Below, piece by piece: positions 50,740 to 60,788 of a DNA stretch of 64,000 nucleotides (positions within the stretch are counted from its first letter, which is position 1; every line of letters starts with the position of its first letter). Made by a program: the position numbers and the translations under genes. This stretch comes from Peptococcaceae bacterium (GTDB lineage: Bacteria > Bacillota > UBA994): contig JAGXSS010000052.1 of the NCBI GenBank assembly GCA_018334055.1, positions 7,612-71,611 on the forward strand, written 5' to 3'. The notes below the pieces were generated by a model. It was not told where the DNA came from. It saw only the letters and a program-made list of their open reading frames with translations, and made no database searches.

Positions 50740-50777
50740 ACACCCCCACTCATCATGATTATAATGAGTGGGGGTGT
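50740..50777 (-). promoter_or_regulatory. GC-rich stem-loop between ftsZ and spoIIGA
   Basis: 14-bp perfect inverted repeat ACACCCCCACTCAT-N10-ATGAGTGGGGGTGT. The right arm carries the spoIIGA RBS. On the minus strand it is followed by TTTGTC. Confidence 0.5.
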
Positions 50778-50780
50778 TGA

Positions 50781-50813
50781 ATAATGTCGCAATGGCTGAA
50801 GTTTATCTGTCAA
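50781..50813 (-). promoter_or_regulatory. spoIIG-type sigma-A promoter with an over-long spacer and a Spo0A-box-like element
   Basis: On the minus strand TTGACA (plus 50808-50813, inside the ftsZ 3' end)-N21-CATTAT. TGTCGCA (plus 50785-50791) resembles the 0A box TGTCGAA. Confidence 0.4.
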
Positions 50814-51861
50814 AACTGCGTTTTTTCCGCACAAAGGTCGGGATGTCTAACCTTTCCTCATCGAAGGGTGAAATAGTTATACCGTCAACCACATGCTCCC
50901 TCTGTTTCCGTCCTTCAAAACCTGTGGCAATTACGGTCACTCTTACTTCCTCGCCTAACGATTCGTCAATGACGGCACCGAAGATAAAGTTCACCTCAGG
51001 ATCTGAGGCCGCGGAAACAATGCTCGCCGCCTCGTTAATTTCACGTAAGTTTAGTTTTGGTCCACCGGTAATGCTGAGCAAGACACCCTTAGCGCCGTCA
51101 ATCGAGGTCTCAAGGAGCGGGCTTGATATGGCGGCCTTGGTGGCCGCAACGCACCTACCCTCACCTGTGGCCGAGCCAACACCCATAAGGGCAGAACCCG
51201 CGTTGGACATGACGGACTTAACATCGGCAAAATCTACATTGATGAGACCAGGCACCATGATTACATCTGAAATGCCCTGCACGCCTTGCCTGAGCACATC
51301 GTCAGCCATGCGAAAGGCTTCTAGGAAAGTAATGTCCTTGTCGCCAAGCTGCAGGAGTCTATCGTTAGGGATAACAATGATGGCATCGACCTTTTCCCGC
51401 AGGGCGGCAATGCCGCGCTCAGCCTGAGCCATGCGACGACGATTTTCAAAACCAAAGGGCTTAGTGACCACTCCAACAGTCAAGGCCCCTAATTCCCGGG
51501 CGACCTCGGCAACCAACGGTGCAGCTCCTGTACCGGTGCCTCCACCCATGCCTGCCGTAATAAACACCATGTCGGCACCCTTAATGGCCTTACTCACGAG
51601 ATCACGGCTCTCCTCAGCAGCCTTAGCTCCTACCTCGGGATTCGCTCCCGCCCCAAGTCCCCGTGTAAGCTTTTCGCCTATCTGCAGTTTGTGGGTAGCC
51701 TTAGAAGTGCTGAGGGCCTGAGCATCAGTATTGATGGCTATGAACTCTGCCCCTGTTAAGCCCACTTCAATCATGCGGTTAAGACCGTTGCTACCCCCAC
51801 CGCCAACACCGATTACTTTAATTTTTGCCCCCTGAACATATCCGATATCCCATTCTATCAC
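50803..51861 (-). CDS. ftsZ: cell-division protein FtsZ
   Basis: GGGTGTG tubulin signature ([13 protein letters not shown]) and [13 protein letters not shown]-terminal motif. Confidence 0.95.
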   Translation of the reverse strand: MIEWDIGYVQGAKIKVIGVGGGGSNGLNRMIEVGLTGAEFIAINTDAQALSTSKATHKLQIGEKLTRGLGAGANPEVGAKAAEESRDLVSKAIKGADMVFITAGMGGGTGTGAAPLVAEVARELGALTVGVVTKPFGFENRRRMAQAERGIAALREKVDAIIVIPNDRLLQLGDKDITFLEAFRMADDVLRQGVQGISDVIMVPGLINVDFADVKSVMSNAGSALMGVGSATGEGRCVAATKAAISSPLLETSIDGAKGVLLSITGGPKLNLREINEAASIVSAASDPEVNFIFGAVIDESLGEEVRVTVIATGFEGRKQREHVVDGITISPFDEERLDIPTFVRKKRSFDR

Positions 51862-51882
51862 TATCTCCGGCCCCCCTCAGAA

Positions 51883-53091
51883 CTACTCCCAAAAATCATT
51901 GAAGAATCCCTTTACTGTTGCGAAGAGCCCCCGACTGTTCTTGGGCTGTTTCTTGGTGCCGGCTGCTCTTCCTCGCCTAGCCAATGTATAGGTGAGCAGG
52001 GCCACCGCCACATTGTAGCCCGGGTCATCAACTGCCCCGTATGTATCTAGATTAACTCGCACGCGATTTCCGATTATGCGCCTAACCATGGGCAAAAATG
52101 ATTTATGCTTCCCCGTCCCCCCGGTGAGAACATAACCCCCATTGGGCACATCTTTGCCACTCATCTCCCGGCACTGTTGACGAACAAGGCTAAGCATCTC
52201 CTCGTATCGTGGCTCCATTATCTCGATGACCTCTCTGGCAGTGACACGCCTTGCTTCTAAATGGCCAAAGCTTGCTACATCCACTGCTTTGTCCTCGGGC
52301 TGAGAAAACCAATCGACTTCAGTCTTTAAACGTTCCGCTGTTTTTGTACTCACTCTAAGCCCCACCGCTAGATCGCTCGTAACGTAGGCACCACCCACCG
52401 GAACAGCTCCAATGGCCCGCAGGGTTCCCTCTTCAAAATAGGCCGTCTCAGTCACCGCGGCGCCGACATCAACGAGTTGGACGCCTAATTCCCTTTCATC
52501 CTCACTGAGCAGCAGTTCCCCTAGGGCCAAGGGTTTGAGGACGAAACCAGCCACAGTGTACCCAGCACGCTCCACACTTCTCCTGAGACTAGACAGGGCA
52601 GTCAAATTGCCCACAACCAGGAGAGCATCAAGCTCAAGGCGCATACCAATCATGCTGGTCGGATCTTTGAGCCCACCGTACCCATCGACAATGTATTGCC
52701 GCACTACCATATCTACTATTTCTCTGTTGGGCGGCAGGCTACTGACTCGCGTTGCTTGCATAACTCTGGCGATATCTTCTTGACTAACTTCGTGACCTTC
52801 GCCTAACACGGCTACCATGCCTTTCGATGTTTGTAACACGGCATGCAGCGGCGACAAGGCAACATAAAGGGAAGAGATACTTCCACCGGCCATGCGCTCG
52901 GCACTTGCAACCACTTCCCTCACGCAAGCGGCACTGGCCTCCACATCCACAATCAATTCTTTGCGCATACCCATAGATGGACGGCAGCACATGCCGAGAA
53001 TCTGCACATCTCCGCGCTGATCAACTGCAGCGACCGCGCAGCGAACATTCGCAGTGCCCACATCGAGACTCGCGATTATTTCCTTCTTCAC
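51883..53091 (-). CDS. ftsA: cell-division protein FtsA
   Basis: Actin-like ATPase (ASLDVGTANVRCAV). Upstream of ftsZ. Confidence 0.9.
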   Translation of the reverse strand: MKKEIIASLDVGTANVRCAVAAVDQRGDVQILGMCCRPSMGMRKELIVDVEASAACVREVVASAERMAGGSISSLYVALSPLHAVLQTSKGMVAVLGEGHEVSQEDIARVMQATRVSSLPPNREIVDMVVRQYIVDGYGGLKDPTSMIGMRLELDALLVVGNLTALSSLRRSVERAGYTVAGFVLKPLALGELLLSEDERELGVQLVDVGAAVTETAYFEEGTLRAIGAVPVGGAYVTSDLAVGLRVSTKTAERLKTEVDWFSQPEDKAVDVASFGHLEARRVTAREVIEIMEPRYEEMLSLVRQQCREMSGKDVPNGGYVLTGGTGKHKSFLPMVRRIIGNRVRVNLDTYGAVDDPGYNVAVALLTYTLARRGRAAGTKKQPKNSRGLFATVKGFFNDFWE

Positions 53092-53124
53092 TTGTCCACC
53101 CCCTTCCCAGTAACAGTGATAGGC

Positions 53125-53457
53125 TTACAGCCGCTCAAGGATCATCCGGCGAATAATGGCTAGATTCTGAAAAATACGCACGCCGAAGGCCACAATGGCG
53201 GATAAATACAGGTTGATGCCAATTCTATCCCCGACAAAAGCCAGTAAGGCTGCCAATAGGGCATTACTGACTAGACCTGTTACAAAAATCGCATCGTCAA
53301 AAGTACCCGAGAGCGCCGCTCGCAAACCACCTAGCAGGGAGTCTGCGGCAGCTAGTAGTGCTACCGCCGTATACGGAGCCAAATGGGCCGGTATCCTCAC
53401 ACTACCAATGAACCCGAGGAGCAAACCCATCAGCAAACCAGCAAAAGCTAAAGACAT
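53125..53457 (-). CDS. sbp: small basic protein Sbp (DUF1290)
   Basis: 110 aa hydrophobic protein in the conserved ylxX/sbp position upstream of ftsA. Confidence 0.8.
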   Translation of the reverse strand: MSLAFAGLLMGLLLGFIGSVRIPAHLAPYTAVALLAAADSLLGGLRAALSGTFDDAIFVTGLVSNALLAALLAFVGDRIGINLYLSAIVAFGVRIFQNLAIIRRMILERL

Positions 53458-53461
53458 GGCT

Positions 53462-54178
53462 CTATCTCCCCTGCCCAGGCCTAAGCCATTCGAACCTCAA
53501 TGGTCGCGTGAACCCAGGCACCATAACTTTATCATATCTCTTCACATCTATTTCGAGACCGAAAAAACCGAGGGCTTCTATTACGCCCCCACGCATCCGT
53601 AAGGCGCTTTCCAGGCCCACGTTATCACCAATGGCAGTAATTACAAAAGGGGCAGCAATGCGAACATTGTTAATAGAAACCGAAGGTCCGGCGCAATGGA
53701 TTTCGCTCGTCGCTAAGAGGCGTTGGCCGTTTATCGAGATGGCCTCTGCTCCCGAGGCCCGCAGGACATTCGTTATCTTCAGAATATCCTCATCATGCAC
53801 GATAAATAGGGCAGGGTCCTCGGTTGCCTGGGCCGACCTCTTGCTATCATTGATAGTCACTGTCAAGCCCCGGCCCTCGACCGCCGTGATGCCTGCGAGC
53901 AGTCGAGCATTTTCTAATTCGCGATGCAAACGCTCAAGTGTGCCTTCTCCTTTAGTAGCCGCTGTTTCAACAGCTCTCAGTTCGTCCCGCAAGGCGTCTA
54001 GTTCCTGTTGGAGTTCTTGTTTCTGTCGCAGAGCATCCATGAGGAGGACACGCATCTCGGAGGTGCGCAAGTCCGGAACCACCGCCGTGAAGTCGCCGGT
54101 ACTTCTTATCTGCAGCGCCAGAAGCCACCCCAGGAGGATACAGACCGCGGTTAGAGCAATGTGGAAGCGTCCTTTCAT
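53462..54178 (-). CDS. ylxW: DUF881 family protein (YlxW-like)
   Basis: N-terminal TM helix, coiled coil and DUF881 domain. Conserved position between divIB and sbp. Confidence 0.8.
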   Translation of the reverse strand: MKGRFHIALTAVCILLGWLLALQIRSTGDFTAVVPDLRTSEMRVLLMDALRQKQELQQELDALRDELRAVETAATKGEGTLERLHRELENARLLAGITAVEGRGLTVTINDSKRSAQATEDPALFIVHDEDILKITNVLRASGAEAISINGQRLLATSEIHCAGPSVSINNVRIAAPFVITAIGDNVGLESALRMRGGVIEALGFFGLEIDVKRYDKVMVPGFTRPLRFEWLRPGQGR

Positions 54179-54181
54179 ATA

Positions 54182-54886
54182 TTACCGTCCTTTATATACG
54201 GGGACTTCGCCTGTCATATCTATATAAGCTATGTTAGAACGAGACATCCCCCTCTCCTCATAAGCATAAAGCACAGCGGGGAGCAAAGCAAGACGTATAT
54301 GGGAATGCAGAACATTGCCAAGCCGAATTTGTACCCCGTTCACAGTAATAAGGGAGATATCGCCGCTTAGGGCTACGTTAATTTCGGATATGCTCGGACG
54401 GACGCTACTTGGCATGTTAACAGCTACCAAGCGGGCCGCTGCGATGTTTGACCCCTCAAGTTCCCGGCCCAAAACAGCGTCAACTATGGAAACCCCGGTT
54501 ATGATAGGTAGGTTGACGCGGCTGAAATCATGTACGATCGAAATTACTCTCCCTAAGCGATCAATTTCGACAAAGCTGTCATGATAAGGAACTACCGCAA
54601 AACCTATGTTTTCGGTAATTGAAATTAATAATTTATTTGGCCACAAGCGCCGCAAGGTAGCAGAGGTGATTTGTGGGCTAGACAGCAGCCTATCCGCCGT
54701 CTTCCCGAGGTCTATGCGCAGCAAGTGTTCACCTCTCCATACCCCAGCGAGCTCTTCCACCTGCTTCGCACTCATCGTCTCGTTGCCCTGCACTTCCACC
54801 TTATCCAAACTGAAAAACCATGGGGCTTGGACAATTTGCCAGCAAAAAAGGAGCAGGAGGAAGATAAGAATTACCCCTCGCATCAT
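54182..54886 (-). CDS. divIB: cell-division protein FtsQ/DivIB
   Basis: N-terminal TM helix, POTB and FtsQ-type domains. Confidence 0.8.
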   Translation of the reverse strand: MMRGVILIFLLLLFCWQIVQAPWFFSLDKVEVQGNETMSAKQVEELAGVWRGEHLLRIDLGKTADRLLSSPQITSATLRRLWPNKLLISITENIGFAVVPYHDSFVEIDRLGRVISIVHDFSRVNLPIITGVSIVDAVLGRELEGSNIAAARLVAVNMPSSVRPSISEINVALSGDISLITVNGVQIRLGNVLHSHIRLALLPAVLYAYEERGMSRSNIAYIDMTGEVPVYKGR

Positions 54887-54903
54887 ACTCCCCCCCCTTT
54901 TTT

Positions 54904-56202
54904 TTATCTCTTTCTTACCACTCGCCCGCCGAGACGGGTCAGGCTTTGATCCAAGGCGACATAGCCACGATCGATATGGTAGACATCTTCGACCACTGTA
55001 GTGCCGGATGCCGCCAGCCCTGCCAGAGTGAGTGCCGCCCCAGCCCTGAGATCTGTCGCGCGAACAGTAGCTCCGGAAAATCTTTCAATTCCGCTAATGA
55101 TGGCCTTACGGCCTTCCACCGCGATCTGAGCACCCATGCGTTTTAGTTCTTCGACATGTTTGAAGCGGCTCTCGAACATAGTTTCGGTGAGCACACTCTT
55201 CCCCTCTGCGAGACAAAGTGCTGCCAACATGGGGGCCTGCAAGTCAGTAGGAAAACCTGGGTGGGGCATGGTCCGTACCTCCTCTACTGCGCGAGGCCTG
55301 CCCCGCATGGAGAGGGTAACGGCATTATCGGCGACAGCGATGTCCGCACCCATGTCACTCATTCTCGAGAGTAGGGGACGCAGGTCTTCGGCGATAACGG
55401 ATGTCAGGGTGATCCGCCCCTCGGTCATGAGAGCTGCTAGGAGGTATGTACCAGCTACAATCCGATCAGAAATTATCGTATACTCTGCCCCTTTTAGAGC
55501 ACTGACCCCGGCAATATGTATAGTGTTCTGCCCTGCTCCACTTACTTTTGCGCCCAAAGCATTGAGAAAGTTTTGCAGGTCAAGCACTTCGGGCTCTCTG
55601 GCGGCGTTTTCGATTAGTGTCTCTCCCTCGGCCAAACACGCAGCCATCATGATGTTCTCGGTTGCTCCAACACTTGGCGTCTCTAAATGTACTCTCGCGC
55701 CTCGTAGCTTGCTGGCGGAAAATGTAAGGCATCCACCACCCTCATCTACGACCTTGGCCCCTAGGGCACAAAGCCCTTTGATGTGCAAATCAATCGGTCG
55801 TTCCCCTATCGCGCATCCTCCGGGATAGGATGCACTGACTCTGCCGTACCGTGCCAGTAGGGGCCCTACGATGATCACTGACGAGCGCATCTCCTGCATA
55901 AGGCTTTCTGGAATGACATGACTGTTGACCACATTGGGGTGGATGCGAAGTTCGCCCGCCTGCCACTCGCTATTAACTCCTAGACTATGTAAAATAGCTT
56001 GCATAACGCCGATGTCGCTAAGCGGTGGAATATTCCGCAGCAACACTGCCTGGTCCGTAAGCAGACAAGCGGCCACGATGGGAAGTGCGGCGTTCTTCGC
56101 CCCGTGAATGTCAATGACGCCACAGATCGGTGTTCGGCCATTAATTACATAACGATCCAAACTGCTTTCACTCCTTTCGGACAGAGGTACAATCAATGTC
56201 AT
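54904..56202 (-). CDS. murA: UDP-N-acetylglucosamine 1-carboxyvinyltransferase
   Basis: GAKNAALPI motif and catalytic Cys (GGCAIG). The N-terminus may be about 15-20 aa shorter than the first ATG. Confidence 0.9.
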   Translation of the reverse strand: MTLIVPLSERSESSLDRYVINGRTPICGVIDIHGAKNAALPIVAACLLTDQAVLLRNIPPLSDIGVMQAILHSLGVNSEWQAGELRIHPNVVNSHVIPESLMQEMRSSVIIVGPLLARYGRVSASYPGGCAIGERPIDLHIKGLCALGAKVVDEGGGCLTFSASKLRGARVHLETPSVGATENIMMAACLAEGETLIENAAREPEVLDLQNFLNALGAKVSGAGQNTIHIAGVSALKGAEYTIISDRIVAGTYLLAALMTEGRITLTSVIAEDLRPLLSRMSDMGADIAVADNAVTLSMRGRPRAVEEVRTMPHPGFPTDLQAPMLAALCLAEGKSVLTETMFESRFKHVEELKRMGAQIAVEGRKAIISGIERFSGATVRATDLRAGAALTLAGLAASGTTVVEDVYHIDRGYVALDQSLTRLGGRVVRKR

Positions 56203-56234
56203 TGCACCATCCTATGCCGCGGAGCTTGGCGTTG

Positions 56235-57335
56235 TTACTTTGATAGCGTGAGCAGCAGCCCTTCCAACAGGTCACACAAATCCTCGCCCGCCCTCGGCAA
56301 GGCCAGCGCTGTCGCCTGCAGAGACATGGAGGAAAGTCTCTTAGGGTCAAAGAGCACCTCACTCGCTAGAGCAACGAGCCTTTCCGGCGTTAAGTCTTGC
56401 TGCTCGAGCAAAATGGCGGCACCAGCCTCTGAAAACACTCGAGCATTGTGGTGCTGGTGATTCTCGGCTGCGGAGGGGAACGGAATGAGGATAGCGGGCT
56501 TACCCAAGTATGCCAATTCTGCCGTTGTTGAACCCGGGCGAGACACCACCAAGTCAGCGGCGGCCAGCAAACTAGGCAAATCAGTGGCGTAGTCGATCAA
56601 TTCGAGTTGCGGGCCGAGATAAGGGGCGGCGATACGTTTCAAAAACTCAAAATCTCGCTTGCCCGTGACATGAAATACTCGGACCTGCCTCCTGGCGAAC
56701 TCGCCGTAGCATTTACTTAGGGTCTCATTGAGAACCGTAGCGCCACCGCTCCCCCCAACCACGACCAGTACCTTTTCTTCTTGGGAAATGCCAAGTTTGT
56801 AGCGAGCACTTTTGCCATCTGCAGACAAAACTTCTGGGCGCAGAGGATTTCCGGTGACAGTCACTTTCCGGCTAGGGAAAAAGGGCATGGCTGCCCTATG
56901 GCTGACCGCAATTTTATCAACAAAACGAGCCAGCAAGCGATTGGTCAGGCTAGGGAAGGCATTCTGCTCATGGATTAGGGTGGGGTAATCATAGAGTGCG
57001 GCTACCAGTAGCATGGGCCCCGCCGCGTATCCGCCTGTGCCAACGACGACATCCGGGCGATACTCGCAGAGTATCCGCCTTGCTTCCACAAGAGCCCAGA
57101 AGGCACGGCTTGCAGTTCGCAACTGTTCAATTGATAGTCGCCGTGGGAAAGAGGTGATTTCCAAGGTGGTCAGCCTAAAGCCCTCGCCGGGAACGATCTG
57201 ATTTTCTAAGCCGCGCTTAGCCCCAACAAATAATGTGTCGGCCGTAGGATGGCGTTTAATAAGTTCCCTCGCTAAAGCGATCGCGGGATACACATGCCCA
57301 CCTGTACCGCCACCGGCAAATAAGACTTTGATCAT
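56235..57335 (-). CDS. murG: UDP-N-acetylglucosamine--N-acetylmuramyl-(pentapeptide) pyrophosphoryl-undecaprenol N-acetylglucosamine transferase
   Basis: GGTGGHVYPA N-terminal motif of GT28. Confidence 0.9.
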   Translation of the reverse strand: MIKVLFAGGGTGGHVYPAIALARELIKRHPTADTLFVGAKRGLENQIVPGEGFRLTTLEITSFPRRLSIEQLRTASRAFWALVEARRILCEYRPDVVVGTGGYAAGPMLLVAALYDYPTLIHEQNAFPSLTNRLLARFVDKIAVSHRAAMPFFPSRKVTVTGNPLRPEVLSADGKSARYKLGISQEEKVLVVVGGSGGATVLNETLSKCYGEFARRQVRVFHVTGKRDFEFLKRIAAPYLGPQLELIDYATDLPSLLAAADLVVSRPGSTTAELAYLGKPAILIPFPSAAENHQHHNARVFSEAGAAILLEQQDLTPERLVALASEVLFDPKRLSSMSLQATALALPRAGEDLCDLLEGLLLTLSK

Positions 57336-57344
57336 TTTCGTCCC

Positions 57345-58445
57345 TCACTCACGGCTATATTTCGAGATGTTTAATAAGATGCCCAAGCTACCCATGACAA
57401 TGACCAAGGAGCTACCACCGGAACTGATTAAGGGCAAGGTGATACCGGTAACCGGCACCGAGCCTGTGACCACGGCAATGTTCATGAAGGCCTGAGCAAC
57501 AATCATCGCAGTTATGCCGGTGGCCAAGAAGCCACCAAATTTGTCCGGAGAGCGGATAGCGATTCTAAGTCCGCGCACCGCCAGCAGAGCGAAGAGGGCA
57601 ATGAGAACCGCCCCACCAAAAAAACCAAACTCTTCGCTGGTGACGGCAAAAATAAAGTCATTGTGCGGTTCGGGGAGAAAGAAGTGTTTTTGGATACTGG
57701 CCCCAAGCCCCCGGCCAAAGACGCCACCTAGCCCGATGGCGTAGAGGGACTGGATAATCTGGTACCCTGCGTCTGTTGGGTCCTTCCAAGGATCAAGAAA
57801 TGTCATGAACCTCGCTAAGCGATACTCTGCACTGATTATACCTAGGTACAACGCTGATACCCCCAGGCCCAAGAGGAGCGCTATCTGACCCCAAGGCAGT
57901 CCACCTGCAAACAAGACAAATCCTGCGCTGAGGACGAGGACCACCGCGGTACTCAAATCTGGTTGGCGCAAGACAAGACCGGCCATAATTCCGGTGAGCG
58001 AAATAATTGGGAGCGTCCCCCGCCAAAAATTGAGCAATGTTCCTTCCTTCTGGGCTAACCGAGCGGCAACCCACAGCACCAGAGCAATTTTGGCCACTTC
58101 CGAGGGCTGCATATTAAAAAACCCAAGGTCTATCCAGCGCGTTGAACCTTGCACGGTCACACCAATCCCAGGGACAAAGACCAAAAGGAGGAGGAGCAAT
58201 GTGATTGCCAGAAGCACATTAGATAGCTGTTGCCACTTCCAATAGTTTATGCGACTCGCAACTATCATGGCGATAATGCCAAACAAAGCCCATAGCAACT
58301 GCCTGCTGACGAAATGCCATTGGTGGTCAAAGCGCAACAAAGAGAGTGGGAAACTGGCGCTATAGACCATCACCACCCCGATGGTCACCAGCATGAGGAT
58401 GACGACAAGCAAAATGTAGTCTGGGTGTTCGCTCCTAGTGCGCAT
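57345..58445 (-). CDS. ftsW: SEDS family peptidoglycan glycosyltransferase FtsW/SpoVE
   Basis: 10-TM SEDS protein. dcw position. Confidence 0.9.
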   Translation of the reverse strand: MRTRSEHPDYILLVVILMLVTIGVVMVYSASFPLSLLRFDHQWHFVSRQLLWALFGIIAMIVASRINYWKWQQLSNVLLAITLLLLLLVFVPGIGVTVQGSTRWIDLGFFNMQPSEVAKIALVLWVAARLAQKEGTLLNFWRGTLPIISLTGIMAGLVLRQPDLSTAVVLVLSAGFVLFAGGLPWGQIALLLGLGVSALYLGIISAEYRLARFMTFLDPWKDPTDAGYQIIQSLYAIGLGGVFGRGLGASIQKHFFLPEPHNDFIFAVTSEEFGFFGGAVLIALFALLAVRGLRIAIRSPDKFGGFLATGITAMIVAQAFMNIAVVTGSVPVTGITLPLISSGGSSLVIVMGSLGILLNISKYSRE

Positions 58446-58448
58446 AGA

Positions 58449-59429
58449 TCACCCTCCCATTCGCGCCAGCCCGACAATACCTAGGGCGGCAACAACCGCG
58501 CTGACAAGGTAGTACGTTAGAACCACTTTTCTTTCTGACCACCCCCGCAGTTCCAAGGCGTGGTGAAATGGCGCCATGCGAAAAAAACGCTTCCCCTTGG
58601 TTAATCGAAAATAGACAACCTGCACTACCACCGAAAGCGTACTCCAGACATAGACCGCCCCAATTATGGGGAGCAACAGTTCGGTGCGGGTCAGTGTGCC
58701 CATCGACACCAAGGCCCCGCCAAGACCCAAGGACCCAACATCACCCATAAATACTCGAGCCGGGTGGCGATTGTAAAAGAGAAATGCCAGCAAGCCCCCC
58801 GCCAATGCCAGGGCAAAAAACACTACCTCAGGGACACCCGTGACTAAACCCACCACCACATAGGCCAGGGAGGCGATGAGCATTGTTCCCCCCGCTAAAG
58901 CATCTATGCCATCCGTGAGGTTTACAGCATTGCTAAACCCTATGCCTATGAAGACCAAGAATGGCCAGTAGAGGTGACCTATGTCATATCTCCACCCCAG
59001 GTATGGCATGACGAGGACGGTGCTATGACCTGTGTAATACAGCACGAGGGAGGCCCCGGCCGAGAGCAACCCTAACCAGTACAGCTTCTGGCGCGCGAGC
59101 AGACCGAGACTTCGACGGAAGACCGTTTTCAAGGCATCGTCGGCGAGTCCGACTAAGGCAAATCCCAACGTCAGCACGGTGGTGACTACCAGAGAAGAAA
59201 ATTGAAAACCAAGAGTAATCCCCCATAGCCAGGTGACGAGCAAGGCGGGTACTAAAAAAATAACTCCTCCCATTGTGGGTGTTCCCTTTTTCTTGGCATG
59301 GGTGGCCGGCCCGTCGCTGCGCACTACTTGCCCGAACTTTAAAAGCCTGAGCAACGGGATAGCGACCTTCCCCAAAATCAAGGCCAGGAAGAAAGTCATG
59401 GCAAAGGAATACCAATAATAGTACGGCAT
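58449..59429 (-). CDS. mraY: phospho-N-acetylmuramoyl-pentapeptide transferase
   Basis: MraY motifs (NAVNLTDGIDALAGG). Confidence 0.9.
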   Translation of the reverse strand: MPYYYWYSFAMTFFLALILGKVAIPLLRLLKFGQVVRSDGPATHAKKKGTPTMGGVIFLVPALLVTWLWGITLGFQFSSLVVTTVLTLGFALVGLADDALKTVFRRSLGLLARQKLYWLGLLSAGASLVLYYTGHSTVLVMPYLGWRYDIGHLYWPFLVFIGIGFSNAVNLTDGIDALAGGTMLIASLAYVVVGLVTGVPEVVFFALALAGGLLAFLFYNRHPARVFMGDVGSLGLGGALVSMGTLTRTELLLPIIGAVYVWSTLSVVVQVVYFRLTKGKRFFRMAPFHHALELRGWSERKVVLTYYLVSAVVAALGIVGLARMGG

Positions 59430-60788
59430 TTAATCATCTCCTTTGCGCAAAACAGCGGTTATGCGTTCCATTTGCATGCCACGCGATCCCTTTACTAAGA
59501 TGACATCCCCGCTTCTAAGTTCCGTGCGTAGCACCGCCAAGACCTGTTCTGGCTCGTCGCACTCTACTGTCTTAATGCCCTTGGCACGAGTTGCTTTAGC
59601 TATGCCTTGGGCCTCTTTTCCGAGAGTAACCACTAGGTCACAGCGCTCCCCTGCCACCTCTCCCACCTCTTGATGAGCGGCCTGAGAGCGCTCCCCAAGC
59701 TCAAACATACTGCCAAGCACGCTTACTCTGCGCCTACCTTTGGCAATATGGTCCAAGGTATGCAAGGCTGCCACCACTGAAGTTGGGCTAGCATTGTAGG
59801 TATCATCAATCAAGGTGTAACCTTGGGGTAAATTAACAACTTCGAGCCTCTGACTCTTGACGGCACATCTTTGTATCCCCGCGATTGCCTGGGCAATGTC
59901 TACCCCTAGGACTACTGCAGCGGCGATGGCCAGAGAAGAATTTAGCGCATTGTGCCGCCCGGGCCAGGGTACATACACGGGGAAACTCTCGGCGCCACTC
60001 TGGAGCATGTAGTGACAGCATCCGTCTTCGTCAAGCACCGACTGTGACAGCCTGAGATCAGCATCAGGGTGGTAACCAACTGATAAAACGGGACCGCGCG
60101 TCAAATGACGGTGAAAGTCATAGAAGTCATCGTCGCGACAGAGAATGGCCGTACCCCCTGCCTTCATACCGAGCAAAATCTCTCCCTTGGCTTGCGATAT
60201 GTTTTCCCGCGTGCCCAAGAGTTCGATGTGGGCCTCCCCGACATTGGTAATTATGGCGATATCAGGAGGGGCCACTAAAGCTAAGGCGGCAATTTGACCG
60301 AGCCCGCGCATGCCCATCTCTAAGACTAACACGTCCTCATCGCCATGGTTGAGGACGCTCAGGGGAAGGCCTACTTCCGTGTTAAAATTCCCCGGACTAC
60401 GATAAACCTTCATCACGCCCTTGAGGGCCGCGGCCGTCATTTCTTTGACACTGGTCTTCCCCACACTGCCGGTTATAGCCACCACCTTGGCACTGCTACC
60501 AACCAAGCGCGCTGTGGCTATTTTAATGAGAGCCTTCTTGGTGTCCGGCACCAGCACCACTGAGCAGGGATACTCCCCCTGACGCGAGACAACCGCCCCC
60601 ACCGCACCATTCGCCACCGCTTGGGCGACATAATCGTGCCCATCCTGACGGGCGCCGGGCAGAGCAAAGAACAGATTCCCCGGGGTCACTTGTCGATGGT
60701 CCGCCGCCGCTCCACAAATGTCAATGTCCGGCCCGAGAAGTTCCCCATCAACTAGGCGTGATAGCATGGCGAGAGATTGATTATACAT
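59430..60788 (-). CDS. murF: UDP-N-acetylmuramoyl-tripeptide--D-alanyl-D-alanine ligase
   Basis: Mur ligase motifs (ITGSVGKTS). Start uncertain between 60767 and 60788. The ORF-track first codon at 60890 would overlap murE by 110 nt. Confidence 0.85.
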   Translation of the reverse strand: MYNQSLAMLSRLVDGELLGPDIDICGAAADHRQVTPGNLFFALPGARQDGHDYVAQAVANGAVGAVVSRQGEYPCSVVLVPDTKKALIKIATARLVGSSAKVVAITGSVGKTSVKEMTAAALKGVMKVYRSPGNFNTEVGLPLSVLNHGDEDVLVLEMGMRGLGQIAALALVAPPDIAIITNVGEAHIELLGTRENISQAKGEILLGMKAGGTAILCRDDDFYDFHRHLTRGPVLSVGYHPDADLRLSQSVLDEDGCCHYMLQSGAESFPVYVPWPGRHNALNSSLAIAAAVVLGVDIAQAIAGIQRCAVKSQRLEVVNLPQGYTLIDDTYNASPTSVVAALHTLDHIAKGRRRVSVLGSMFELGERSQAAHQEVGEVAGERCDLVVTLGKEAQGIAKATRAKGIKTVECDEPEQVLAVLRTELRSGDVILVKGSRGMQMERITAVLRKGDD

